DNA of 64,000 bases. It comes from a virus. Location of the stretch: the IMG/VR virus record IMGVR_UViG_3300023106_000010, positions 1 to 64,000 of that record; one strand, 5' to 3'. The translations under genes were made by a program, and so were the position numbers. Below, one piece after another: positions 36,960 through 46,987 of the stretch. A model generated the notes under the pieces. That model saw nothing but the letters and a program-made list of their open reading frames with translations, did no database searches and was not told where the DNA came from. Every line of letters begins with the position of its first letter. Position 1 is the first letter of the stretch.

Positions 36960-37334
36960 TTAGTTAAGGACTTCTTCAAGTTCTGAGAACAATTCAGCCT
37001 TCTCAAGAACGTCCTCAACTTTATCCTTTGCACGCGAAGACAAATACTGCTTCATCTGTGCTGGTTTATAGTCAGTCCCTTTGACCATTGCTTTAACAGC
37101 CAAACCAATATCAGTCTTCAGGTCTTTAATCTCCCGCACCAACTCAGGTTCTTTGTCTTCTGTGAAAGCTTTCATTTCCTCTTGGATAGCTTTGATTTCA
37201 GCCTTCTTCTGAGTTAGGAAAACTTGGTCAGCTTCCCACTCTTTAAGTATCTGAGACTTGGTGTCCAAAGTACGCAGACTAGGGAGAACTTCTTGCGCGT
37301 AGGTTTGCAGGGTTACGTTTTGGTTCATTGTCAT
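36960..37334 (-). CDS. helical protein, possibly a T4 DsbA/GapR-like DNA-binding protein
   Basis: Coiled coil with acidic C-terminal helix; resemblance only. Confidence 0.4.
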   Translation of the reverse strand: MTMNQNVTLQTYAQEVLPSLRTLDTKSQILKEWEADQVFLTQKKAEIKAIQEEMKAFTEDKEPELVREIKDLKTDIGLAVKAMVKGTDYKPAQMKQYLSSRAKDKVEDVLEKAELFSELEEVLN

Positions 37335-37583
37335 TCCTTATTTAGTTTTAAATTGCACAGCAAAAGATTTATACAGAGCTTGCACGCCTACACAAAGCAC
37401 CCAAGTGTAACAAGCAAGGCACATGAAGCCGATTACAATAGTTGCTCCAGCGAATAGCATGAAGAGTGCTAGGGCTGCTAGTGGTACACTCACAACAAGT
37501 GTCAGAAGTGTTTTAATTGTGTTCATTGTTTCTCCAAATTGAGAACTACCATTTTTACAAGTAGTTCTCAAGGTTGTCAAGGG

Positions 37584-38582
37584 TTAAAAGTCATCCCAAC
37601 CTTCAACGGCAGTAGAGTGCGAATACTCGGTCACAGAACTCTCAAAGAAGTTCTCCTTTTTGCTGTGATCCAAATGAGCATAGGGGTTGACAGAAAATCC
37701 CTTGTACAACACACCAAGACCAACAACCTTCGCACGCTGATTAGCCATCCACTTCACATACGACTCCGTAGACTGTTTAGAGATACCAAGAATGTTGTCG
37801 CCATAAATCTCATGGCCCCACACAATCTCTTGTTCAACAGCTTCCCGAATCACTCCCTCCAACATCTTCATGTCATCTTCATCAAACATATCTTTGATAA
37901 GGAAGTTCATAAACGACACATGAGTGACTTCATCGTTTTCAATATACTTGATAATCGCAGCAGGTTCAACAAGCTTATTACGTGAAGCTAACTGATAGAA
38001 CAGATTGAATCCATTGTAGAAGTAAATACCCTCTAGAACGAAATCTGCTGCCAAGGCCAGCTTATAGTTGTCCTGAGTAGGATCGTCTGCAAAAGCCTGA
38101 TAGAGCTTTGCAATCGTCTTATTACGCTCAAGCAGCAGTGGGTTAGTTCGCCAGTAATTGTATATCTCCTCACGTTCCAAGTTAGGGAACAACTCTTGAA
38201 GAATGTATTGGTAGCTTTGGCTATGCACCAATTCTTGATATGCTTGCACAGTGAAGAGTGCGCTTACTTCTGGTGCTGTGATGTAATCCGAAAGCATTGG
38301 TAAGTTATTCACTTGCATAGAGTCCAGAGCAATCAGGAAGCTTAGGGTGTTCTTCACAGCTTTCATCTCAGCTTCAGTAAGCTCTTTCAGCGTCGTCTTA
38401 GACTCTACCAAACTAACCTTCTGCGGCAACCAGAAGTTATTCTGCATAATGTTCAGAAGGTTAGTAGCCCACTTGTACTTGATACTATTGAGGTTCATGA
38501 TACCGGTAGAGTTACCACCAACAATCAGACGATCACCAGTGGCATCACTACCGTGCTCATTGAATACTTTCTTGTGTTCCAT
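37584..38582 (-). CDS. nrdB: ribonucleotide reductase class I beta subunit
   Basis: FWLPQ, D, ExxH..Y, LEGIYFYNGF, DEVTH, ENFFE..VTEY. Confidence 0.95.
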   Translation of the reverse strand: MEHKKVFNEHGSDATGDRLIVGGNSTGIMNLNSIKYKWATNLLNIMQNNFWLPQKVSLVESKTTLKELTEAEMKAVKNTLSFLIALDSMQVNNLPMLSDYITAPEVSALFTVQAYQELVHSQSYQYILQELFPNLEREEIYNYWRTNPLLLERNKTIAKLYQAFADDPTQDNYKLALAADFVLEGIYFYNGFNLFYQLASRNKLVEPAAIIKYIENDEVTHVSFMNFLIKDMFDEDDMKMLEGVIREAVEQEIVWGHEIYGDNILGISKQSTESYVKWMANQRAKVVGLGVLYKGFSVNPYAHLDHSKKENFFESSVTEYSHSTAVEGWDDF

Positions 38583-38596
38583 TAAATCCTTTCAGG

Positions 38597-40795
38597 TTAT
38601 CCGGCACACGCAGCACAGTCCGCTTCAGCTTTCTGCAATGTCGCATTCTTCTTAATGCTGCGAATATAGTAAATCGTCTTGCACTTCTTCTGGTGAGCAT
38701 AATGAATTGCATCGTACAAATCTTTAGCGGTGAAGCCTTCTTTATTCTGGTCTAGAATGAGTTCCATACTGCAACCAGTATCAATAAACTTTTGAGCCTC
38801 AGACACATAATCGATAATCTCAATCGGAGAGTGCTTAGAGAACGTTTTGCCGTAGCAGATAGGATTTTCTTTTAAATACTTTGCAGCCACGAGCAAACTT
38901 CCATTGCCGTTGCCCTCGGCAAAGAAGCCCGAATACACCGGAAGCACGCTAGCGGAAGCATCTTGATAAATCGAAGTGCTGGTGGTAGGTGCAGGAGAAG
39001 TCAGTTGGCTGTTGCGCATACCATATTTGTCAATCTCTTTTTGCACGTCCATCCAAGCAATCTGACTCTCACGGCTGTTACTTGCAAAATACTCAATCTG
39101 CTTACCGTTCTTCCAATCCGAGTTCTCGAAAGCGTCGAAACTACCAAACTCTTTAGCGAGTTCAACACTCTCAAGGATAGCATTGTATTCTATAACCTCA
39201 CTCAAGTCACGAATCTCTTTGATGCTCTTAAAGTTCAACCAGTTCTTAGCGAGGTAGTCATGAAGGCCCATCTGCCCGATTCCGATTGTTCGGTAAAGGT
39301 TATTGTGGTCTTGGTTGATCTGGTCAGGAGATTTCGTCAAACTGATTCCATAATCAAGCATTCGAGTAGCGATGCGAGTTACCTTAGCCAAATGTTCGTG
39401 ATCCCGGATATTCCCTAGATTAATGGAACCTAGATTACAAACATGTCCTAGCACGTCTGGGAGAACATTAGAGAACGACTCTGTGCACAAGTTCCCACAC
39501 ACAATACCGTAAGCTTGCTTGTCACCCTTGTTAGGATTACGACGATTCATCTCGTCAGTGAAAGCAATGTAAGGCAAGCCACTATCAAACTGAGAGCGCA
39601 TGATGATCTTCATCACATCTTTGGCTTTCAATTCTTTGGCAACCTTCAACTTACCGGCATAGAATGCTGCTTCGATCTTCTCGTAAGCTTGCTCAAACTC
39701 TTCGCACCACATACCACGAATATCAATACCAAGTTTCTTCTTAACTTCAAACGGGCAGAAGGTGATATAGTTCTGATTGGCCTTATCGCGTTCCAAAAAG
39801 AAGTCAGGCATCGTTACTTGCGGGAACACATCAAATGACTTCAATCGCAAGTCACCGTGTTCTGTTTGCATGTCCAAGAAGCCTTGAATATCATTGTGCC
39901 AAACTGGCAGAGCACAAGTCACAGCACCCGCACGCTTGCCGCCTTGATTGACTGCCACAGCAGTATCATTAATAATTTTAACCCACTGAGACACAGGTCC
40001 AGCAGCATCTTCCGCTCCACCTACATCACTGCCTTCAGCACGCAGATAACCAAGGAATACTCCAACACCTCCGCCTTGTTTACTGATACGAGCAATGCGC
40101 TTTACATTATCAAAGATCGATTCCAAGTCATCTTCAAGAGCAATAATGAAGCAAGAAGCAATGTTACCACCTTTACGCAAGTTAATCATGAAAGGTGTAG
40201 CAAGAGAGAACTCACGATTACTCAGCACGTCATAAAACTCTTTGACTCGTGCAATACGTTTCTCTGGCTTCTCAAATTGACCAAAGCGCATTGCATTACC
40301 CATATGCATGTGCTGGTTCAATTCAAACTTACCGAGATACTTCTTCTTGGCAGTTACCAGAGACGAGTGAGAGTGCTCCAAGTCGCGGCAGTGGTCAATG
40401 TAATTACCAAGCTCGTTAATCTCGTCTTCGGAGTACGTGTCAAGAATGTCCTTGTGCCACTCGCCCTTCTTCGTGTTGTACTTGACAACCTCTAGGAAGG
40501 TCTTGCCACGCAGCTTGTAGTTGGCCCACATGTCAGCAGCAAGGGCTTTGCCTGCCACGTTCAGCCACTCAGGCTCCTGTGGCGTAGCAAGCTGTTTGGC
40601 GTGCTCGATAATGTTAGCTTGGATAGCAGATGTCTTGATACCGTTCTTGATAAACTGGTCAATACGAGCCTCCAAGGCAAGAGGGTTGGCACCAGTGTTG
40701 CCCACTGCATGAGCAATAGATTGCTTGATCTTGATTACATCGTAGGGAACTTTGACACCATCTCGTTTTTCTACAAATACATTTTTAGCAGTCAT
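38597..40795 (-). CDS. nrdA: ribonucleotide reductase class Ia alpha subunit with ATP cone
   Basis: VEKRDG ATP cone, ASCF, GNLCTE, CNLGS, PAPT, YY, terminal CxxC. Confidence 0.95.
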   Translation of the reverse strand: MTAKNVFVEKRDGVKVPYDVIKIKQSIAHAVGNTGANPLALEARIDQFIKNGIKTSAIQANIIEHAKQLATPQEPEWLNVAGKALAADMWANYKLRGKTFLEVVKYNTKKGEWHKDILDTYSEDEINELGNYIDHCRDLEHSHSSLVTAKKKYLGKFELNQHMHMGNAMRFGQFEKPEKRIARVKEFYDVLSNREFSLATPFMINLRKGGNIASCFIIALEDDLESIFDNVKRIARISKQGGGVGVFLGYLRAEGSDVGGAEDAAGPVSQWVKIINDTAVAVNQGGKRAGAVTCALPVWHNDIQGFLDMQTEHGDLRLKSFDVFPQVTMPDFFLERDKANQNYITFCPFEVKKKLGIDIRGMWCEEFEQAYEKIEAAFYAGKLKVAKELKAKDVMKIIMRSQFDSGLPYIAFTDEMNRRNPNKGDKQAYGIVCGNLCTESFSNVLPDVLGHVCNLGSINLGNIRDHEHLAKVTRIATRMLDYGISLTKSPDQINQDHNNLYRTIGIGQMGLHDYLAKNWLNFKSIKEIRDLSEVIEYNAILESVELAKEFGSFDAFENSDWKNGKQIEYFASNSRESQIAWMDVQKEIDKYGMRNSQLTSPAPTTSTSIYQDASASVLPVYSGFFAEGNGNGSLLVAAKYLKENPICYGKTFSKHSPIEIIDYVSEAQKFIDTGCSMELILDQNKEGFTAKDLYDAIHYAHQKKCKTIYYIRSIKKNATLQKAEADCAACAG

Positions 40796-41381
40796 ATTTC
40801 TCCAAATAAATTTCTCGTGTTTCTGCAAACTCTTTATATTCTTCCATGGTCTTCAAAGCACCGGAGCTATTATATACCGGACCTCGAATACTAACAAGAA
40901 TATCATTCAACTCTGCAATCTTCTTTTCTTCAGCTTCCCAGTCTTCTTCCAACTGGTCCTGCGGGAGTACCGCCCGGTCTTCCTGCCAATCTAAGCTGTC
41001 GTTATCATTAAGATATTCTGCCCAGTCTCTAGTTTTGAAAGACAGTTCAGCTATTTCTGTCATTTTAGACGGGTCGGAAAAACTCGAAATAATCAACCTT
41101 TCTGTAATACCTGCCAAGTAACTGTTTCGATACTCAACATCACAGCGTACCTCCCCACACAACCTGTATCCTGTGACAACTTTGTTTTGCAAGTTGCGGT
41201 GCTTATTTGCAAAGTATGCCATAGGATACTCTACATCAATGCCAATCTGGTGTGCATACTTTGCAACGAGTGGATCGTTTTCAATTCTCACAATGTCGAA
41301 TTCCGACATTTCTGAGAGTTCTGTGATTAGTTGTAAATCTGAAACTGAGATGCAAATCATTCTTCCTCCTTGTACTTCCAA
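40785..41381 (-). CDS. hypothetical protein
   Basis: ORF in operon context; no motif. Confidence 0.6.
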   Translation of the reverse strand: MEVQGGRMICISVSDLQLITELSEMSEFDIVRIENDPLVAKYAHQIGIDVEYPMAYFANKHRNLQNKVVTGYRLCGEVRCDVEYRNSYLAGITERLIISSFSDPSKMTEIAELSFKTRDWAEYLNDNDSLDWQEDRAVLPQDQLEEDWEAEEKKIAELNDILVSIRGPVYNSSGALKTMEEYKEFAETREIYLEKYDC

Positions 41382-41956
41382 TTTTCTAGTGCAGTAATTA
41401 CCCGCGCATCGACCAAGAACTCTCCAGACCTCAACCTTTCAGTCCACCTCAAAGCCTCATCTTGTTTCGCAGATTTGTAAGCACCGAATGCTTCTTGGTA
41501 CGTTCCAAAATTACCTAAATATTTTCTGCCAATCCCATCTTGATTGACTCTAGCCATAAATTTCCCATGATTCTTCGCAACGCCTGTGGGATAAGGACCA
41601 ACACTCGAAGCTGACAGAAAACTGTTGAGGCTTGTAGGCACAAGTACGCAGAACTTTTCACCGTAGACTTTGTTGCCGGGAACGAGGATATCTTTGTCTA
41701 AGTCGTATTTAAGCTCCCCATAACCCACCTGTTTACTGTACCAATCCGCAAAGTATTGAAAGTCTAAAAATTCTTCAGATACAGTGCAACCAATATAAGT
41801 GGGTCGTTTTTTGTGATATTTACTTCTCTCTACACAACGAGATTTCATATCTTGCCAAGTCTGATTTGCTTTAGTCTTGTATTGAACCCCGTTGACAATA
41901 TAGGTTGAAATCCACCTCCCAGAAGAATCTTTCGCATCTGGTGCAAGAAGTGCCAT
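41357..41956 (-). CDS. HNH-related homing endonuclease with AP2-like domain
   Basis: W..M..RC...Y.GCTV...F..W...LDKDIL...Y...C.LVP..LN; YLG.F.T..EAF.AY. Confidence 0.75.
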   Translation of the reverse strand: MALLAPDAKDSSGRWISTYIVNGVQYKTKANQTWQDMKSRCVERSKYHKKRPTYIGCTVSEEFLDFQYFADWYSKQVGYGELKYDLDKDILVPGNKVYGEKFCVLVPTSLNSFLSASSVGPYPTGVAKNHGKFMARVNQDGIGRKYLGNFGTYQEAFGAYKSAKQDEALRWTERLRSGEFLVDARVITALENWKYKEEE

Positions 41957-42324
41957 CAGTAGGCCTTCCCACCAGCAGCCTCACGAGACTCTTTCTTGTG
42001 ATCCTGACGATTCTTATTATACTCCATCTTCTCCACAACAGCACCGCCCAAGTCCATGTTGTAAGCTCCCGCCAAATCGCAAATACGAATCAGAGCGTCC
42101 GCCAACTCCACTTCTCGCATATCTCGGTGAGGTAGCTTATCATCAGGACAATCTTTGCGATCACCTTCCATTGCTTCAGAAATCTCACTGTGAATCAGAC
42201 ACAGTTTATTGGAAAAACACATTGGGTTCAGGGTTGTGCTGTTACCCTCTTTGTCGGTCCACCAACCAGCATCGAAAGAAGCTTTGTGGCATGCGTCTAC
42301 TACGTTGTTAATTTCAATCTTCAT
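41956..42324 (-). CDS. MazG-like NTP pyrophosphohydrolase
   Basis: LIHSEISEAMEG.RK, EVELADALIRICD, KMEYN..R. Confidence 0.85.
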   Translation of the reverse strand: MKIEINNVVDACHKASFDAGWWTDKEGNSTTLNPMCFSNKLCLIHSEISEAMEGDRKDCPDDKLPHRDMREVELADALIRICDLAGAYNMDLGGAVVEKMEYNKNRQDHKKESREAAGGKAY

Positions 42325-42576
42325 AATACTCCTCAAATGGATTTTCCAAATCTAAACTTACTAACCAAATCTTTAATCCTTCTGTCAAAGGCAGAGCAAC
42401 ATTATACTTGAAAGCTTCCCCATTCACAACAATATCTTCAACACTAATAACTACAGTATTATCAAAATCAAAGATTGTTGGAAATGTCTGGTGATTCTTT
42501 ACAAGTGCTACTCTGCCATAAGAAATTAGAATTAAGGAGATTGGCAATCCCACTAATGGCACTTGTAGTTGTTTCA

Positions 42577-43449
42577 TCACAAACTCATTGCTTCTAAAAT
42601 AGGGACACCATCAATAATCAGACTAGTGCCAATAATAGGACGTTTCAAATTAGTGTTGTTGTACGCAAACGCATAACTGTCATCTGCAATCAAACAACCG
42701 CTGTTCATTGCAAAGAACAAACCATTAGGATTGGCCCAATACTTCACACCAAAGCTCTCATGGAAGTGGCCGCACACATGGCTCATAGACATCGCCTGAG
42801 AAGTTTTAATTGCTTCAGCACTCTTGCCATGGTGAATGTAAACCTTTTGACCGTCTGGAAGGTCGATTGTTAGATCGTGTACCCACTGCCAACCATCGCC
42901 AACTTGTAACACTTCATTGTAGCTTTTCAGGTAGTGTCGAGGGATACCGTGAGCCTTCGACTTACGGAACACCATGCTACCATGATTACTGTCGATAATG
43001 TCCATCACTGGGAACAACTCTTCAATCTGTTTGATGATTGGCAGTGCAGCACGAAGCTCATCACCAGCACTCATCAAATCCGGGTCGCTGTCGTGAAAAC
43101 TTAGTGCATGTTTGTCAAGCTCATCTCCTAGACAAATCACTCGTGTAGGATTATAACGTTCCTTCAGCATCTTCAAGAAGGGGATAGTATTCGGATGATG
43201 ATACGGAATGTGCATGTCAGAAATGAACAAAATACGAGAATTGTCATGACTCTGTTTAGGTGCAGGTTCGTAATATTTCTCGTCAATACTATAAACCTCA
43301 TCCAACTTCAACTCGGAGAAATAACTACGAAGCATATCACTCACTGTGCTTTTCGGCTTATTTACTTGGATGGCAATATCGCGCCATGACATCACACCAG
43401 TGTTTGCCAACTTAACAGCATCTTGTTCCCACTCTTTGTTATCAATCAA
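42577..43449 (-). CDS. calcineurin-like metallophosphoesterase with N-terminal HTH
   Basis: SDMH, GDELD, SNH, HHG, GHFH motifs; SWRDIA..VNKPKSTVSD HTH. Confidence 0.85.
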   Translation of the reverse strand: MIDNKEWEQDAVKLANTGVMSWRDIAIQVNKPKSTVSDMLRSYFSELKLDEVYSIDEKYYEPAPKQSHDNSRILFISDMHIPYHHPNTIPFLKMLKERYNPTRVICLGDELDKHALSFHDSDPDLMSAGDELRAALPIIKQIEELFPVMDIIDSNHGSMVFRKSKAHGIPRHYLKSYNEVLQVGDGWQWVHDLTIDLPDGQKVYIHHGKSAEAIKTSQAMSMSHVCGHFHESFGVKYWANPNGLFFAMNSGCLIADDSYAFAYNNTNLKRPIIGTSLIIDGVPILEAMSL

Positions 43450-43715
43450 GCTTATTCTCCTTAAAATCCTTAGCCACTTGCTTCAAAGTATCCAACAGTT
43501 CTGTATTAGTTCTCATTTCGACCATATCACTAACATTGAACACATTATGGTGAGAACAATCGTGCAGCTTTGTTGTGTATCCATCGGTAGGGACGTAAGC
43601 CAAACCACTTGCATACGTAACAGCTTTGCCATAAGTGGGGTCAAGCTTCTCAAGATACTCCACTCGTCGTTTCAACTCTGCAATTTCTCGCTGTGCATCA
43701 AACACTACTGTTTTA

Positions 43716-44267
43716 TTATTCATCACAACCTTTCTTAGCAAATATTTCATCAAGTGCCTTACGTCTCTGTTCAGGATTCTTACAAACATATCCATGTTCA
43801 TCCAGCAGAGCTTGCATTATACTCTTATTGGCAGGTTTCAGCAAGGAAATCTTCTCTTTTTCTATGCGAGCTTCCTCGAAAGAAATTCCCTGCTTATCTG
43901 CCACCGTATGAATATCGTGACAAGTTTTATCCAGTATGCGGAAATTTTCTACCTCGCAATAAAGATTATTAGCGAACGGCCCAATATCCTGAATAGTCAG
44001 AATACTTCCTGCACTCACCGGGAAATGATCGGCAACGCAATCTTTCATCTTGAACCACTCACCACAGATAGCGCACTGGTATTCCCACTTCTGCTGTTTG
44101 TTCGGGCCTTTGTAAGCACGTCTAGCAAGCTTGAATGCTTCAGCACGAGGAGGCCAGCGAAGAGATTTAGAGCGGAGTGCTGAACGAATCCAAGCTAGGT
44201 AAGCACTCTCTGTCATTGTTCCGCCACACCTTACCAGAGGCTCTTTAGGCTTCTTTACGGCCATCAA
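43716..44267 (-). CDS. HNH endonuclease (possibly a core replication/resolution nuclease)
   Basis: WIRSALR, CAIC, DH, N...L.KTCH. Confidence 0.75.
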   Translation of the reverse strand: MMAVKKPKEPLVRCGGTMTESAYLAWIRSALRSKSLRWPPRAEAFKLARRAYKGPNKQQKWEYQCAICGEWFKMKDCVADHFPVSAGSILTIQDIGPFANNLYCEVENFRILDKTCHDIHTVADKQGISFEEARIEKEKISLLKPANKSIMQALLDEHGYVCKNPEQRRKALDEIFAKKGCDE

Positions 44268-45184
44268 ACAATACCCTCAATATTCAACGTAAAGAATCTA
44301 CCCTCACCTTCCTTGCCAGCTTCATCCAGAGTTTTCAAAGCATCCATGACAGCCACAACTTGCTCATCGGAGTAGCAGATGTATGGCATGTCTTCTTGGC
44401 TACGATAAACCTTATAAACCCCCTCCGAGATAAACACATCATGACCTGTGCCAGAGGTGAAGTTTTTGATGGATTCCAGAAGAGTGTTAGAGGCTTCTGC
44501 CAGTTCTTCTACAGCTTTCTGAGCTTCGTTCATACCAACAAGTTCAATTTTAAACTCAAGAATACTAGCGTCAATCTTGTCACCTTTTTTGTACTCAACA
44601 GCCTTAGTATACTCAGCAATCAGCTTATCAGCATCTTCCCCAATAGAGTAATCAGGATCACGAGAATAACCGCCAGCAGAAGGGCTACTAGTGTAAAGAG
44701 CATCTTCAGATTGCCGGCACAGGATGTCTTCAAATTTATCTGCAAAGGTTTCTGGAGACATGAAAGTACCGATATACTTATTTTCAGGAGTTTTATAAGT
44801 CTTGTCAAGCTGTCGAATAATTCGTTTAAGTTCCCCTTCAGGTTCACCAAAGTAGCTGTCATTGTAGCTCATGCAACCAGTGTACATGTTGAGTTTGTCG
44901 ATACATTGACGAGTAAAATCACCATTCAAATCACTCTCCTCAGATGCAACATACTTCTCTCCGTATCTGCTAGTTTTGATTACACTGTGGTCAGTTATAA
45001 CAACCTCTAGCGAATACTTCTTCAACACTTCCAATTGGCCCTTCGTAATCGTGACTGTTTCTTTCTCGCCGTCATATTGGAGGCTGTAGTAGTAATAACT
45101 AATAGGCCAGACGGTTGCCCATTGTCCTTGGGAGTTTTTAATGCGGGTAGTGTTAGTGTTCAATTTTAAGTTTCTCCAAAACAT
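44264..45184 (-). CDS. hypothetical protein
   Basis: 306-aa ORF in operon; no motif. Confidence 0.6.
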   Translation of the reverse strand: MFWRNLKLNTNTTRIKNSQGQWATVWPISYYYYSLQYDGEKETVTITKGQLEVLKKYSLEVVITDHSVIKTSRYGEKYVASEESDLNGDFTRQCIDKLNMYTGCMSYNDSYFGEPEGELKRIIRQLDKTYKTPENKYIGTFMSPETFADKFEDILCRQSEDALYTSSPSAGGYSRDPDYSIGEDADKLIAEYTKAVEYKKGDKIDASILEFKIELVGMNEAQKAVEELAEASNTLLESIKNFTSGTGHDVFISEGVYKVYRSQEDMPYICYSDEQVVAVMDALKTLDEAGKEGEGRFFTLNIEGIV

Positions 45185-46145
45185 TCTTCACAATAAACCG
45201 ATCACCATCCCAGCGAGGCATGAACGCACAGTCAGCATACATCTGCCAGATTTCCATCCAATCTTTAGTGTGCAGAGAATCATCCCAAGCACGATAGGTG
45301 GTAGGCTCTGGATACCAATACTTGTACTGATTCATAACAACTACAGCAGCTTCCTTGTCTGTGGTGCAATCCTTCAGAAGCTCATAAGCACCTACATCTC
45401 CAAACTTTACTTTAGCAAGCTCGCATGGCTTGTACGCGTCAACTGGATCACCAAACATGAATTGGAACCAGAGGAATGCTCGCCCTTTACCTTTGATGAT
45501 TTTCTCATAAGTAGGATCACCATTCTTTTTCTTCTTACCAGTATCACGGAGAATTAGAGTGAGTGCACCATACCCTTCAATCAACTCCGGTTCGTCCATG
45601 GTATCCCAATTATACAGCCAACCGGGACCATGATTGGCATCTTTGTCTGTGCTGGCCTGAATTACCACTTCACCATCTTTATATCCCTGATAAGCATACG
45701 CCACCAACACTTCATCAGCCTCGCCTACTGCCGTCTCCGCATTGTGAAACTTAACAAGATATTCTTTAGCTTCTGCAAGATTAATAGGCTTACCAGAATC
45801 GCTGCGAGTGTTCTTATACTGAGAGGGTAGAGGAATACTCTTGCGGAAATTGTCATCTCCAGAAATCACAATATGATAGCTATCCGCTTTGCACGCCTCA
45901 ATAATACTGTTCAGCTTACTCTTGATGGAACGCAGAGTATTTGCAATTGGCTCTGGCTTCCTCACAGCTTCCAAGTCATATTGGTCTGCCGCATCAGACG
46001 CCCACTCTTTAAACTTTGTTGCTGTATCAAACTCATACTTATCAAGAGTTTCTTTGTGTGTGGCAATTACGCTACGCTTCTCTGTTACGGCTGCACATTT
46101 GAAAGCCAGAAGGTCGCCATCAATTACTGCTAATCGGCCAGCCAT
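45153..46145 (-). CDS. 5'-3' exonuclease (T7 gp6/FEN-like)
   Basis: IDGD, NFR, YK..R, EADE, DKD, GDPVD, G.VGA. Confidence 0.88.
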   Translation of the reverse strand: MAGRLAVIDGDLLAFKCAAVTEKRSVIATHKETLDKYEFDTATKFKEWASDAADQYDLEAVRKPEPIANTLRSIKSKLNSIIEACKADSYHIVISGDDNFRKSIPLPSQYKNTRSDSGKPINLAEAKEYLVKFHNAETAVGEADEVLVAYAYQGYKDGEVVIQASTDKDANHGPGWLYNWDTMDEPELIEGYGALTLILRDTGKKKKNGDPTYEKIIKGKGRAFLWFQFMFGDPVDAYKPCELAKVKFGDVGAYELLKDCTTDKEAAVVVMNQYKYWYPEPTTYRAWDDSLHTKDWMEIWQMYADCAFMPRWDGDRFIVKNVLEKLKIEH

Positions 46146-46146
46146 C

Positions 46147-46923
46147 TTACTCTCCCTTCAACCAGAGAATATCATCTTTCTCAAAGTCTTCGTTCTCCAC
46201 AACTTCAATCCCGACTTTAAGCAGCACATCATAAGCATTACCCGGCATTGCTTCATTAGCACAACTCACAACAATGTCAGGCTTCTTCTTGTACAGTGCC
46301 ATAGCTGCATCGATAGAGAAAGGAACTTCGGTATCAATCAGAGCACGCTCACCGTATTGACCACCGATAGCTGCTGCCAGATCATCCCAAGAATTCAGTT
46401 CTACTTTGTGTAGAGCCAAACCAATTCGCAGCATGTCAGCACGATTGATCTTGTATCCACGATCTTGATACTTCAGCACTCGCAGCAAGCTACCGAATGG
46501 ATAACGAGTGCCCGCATGGAAACTCATATGACGTTGTGCAGCATGTTTAAAGAAGTCTTCTTGGAATACAAACTCTTCTTTGTCAATGTCGTATGCACCC
46601 ATGCAAACAGTGAAGTCGAATGCATCAAATACATTTTGTACTTCTTGGAAGAAATCAAACAACATGAATTGAATGATAGCTCCATCACGATTACCAAATG
46701 TAATGGCCCTATCTGTAGCAGCCAAGCACCACATTCCATCATCGTAAGCATTACCTACCGCAGTAATAAAATCTTTCTGAGTCTTGAAGTAGAAGTCTAC
46801 ATCGTTGATTGGTTGTGCTGTGAATACGCTGGTGATTGCTCCACCAGCTACAAATGCACCTTTAGGCCAAGTGTAACCGGAAGCGTCTTTAATTTGTTTT
46901 AGTTCTTTTGCATGTTGGGTCAA
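46147..46923 (-). CDS. nucleotidyltransferase-superfamily protein (CCA/polyA-polymerase-like head)
   Basis: VAGGAI...NDVDFY, FDFT motif, R..KY..RGY; TTG start with AAGGAG RBS. Confidence 0.7.
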   Translation of the reverse strand: MTQHAKELKQIKDASGYTWPKGAFVAGGAITSVFTAQPINDVDFYFKTQKDFITAVGNAYDDGMWCLAATDRAITFGNRDGAIIQFMLFDFFQEVQNVFDAFDFTVCMGAYDIDKEEFVFQEDFFKHAAQRHMSFHAGTRYPFGSLLRVLKYQDRGYKINRADMLRIGLALHKVELNSWDDLAAAIGGQYGERALIDTEVPFSIDAAMALYKKKPDIVVSCANEAMPGNAYDVLLKVGIEVVENEDFEKDDILWLKGE

Positions 46924-46987
46924 TATGTTCTCCTTGGTAAACAAAAATCCCCACACCCTTTCGAGTGCAGGGACAATTTAGTTAATG

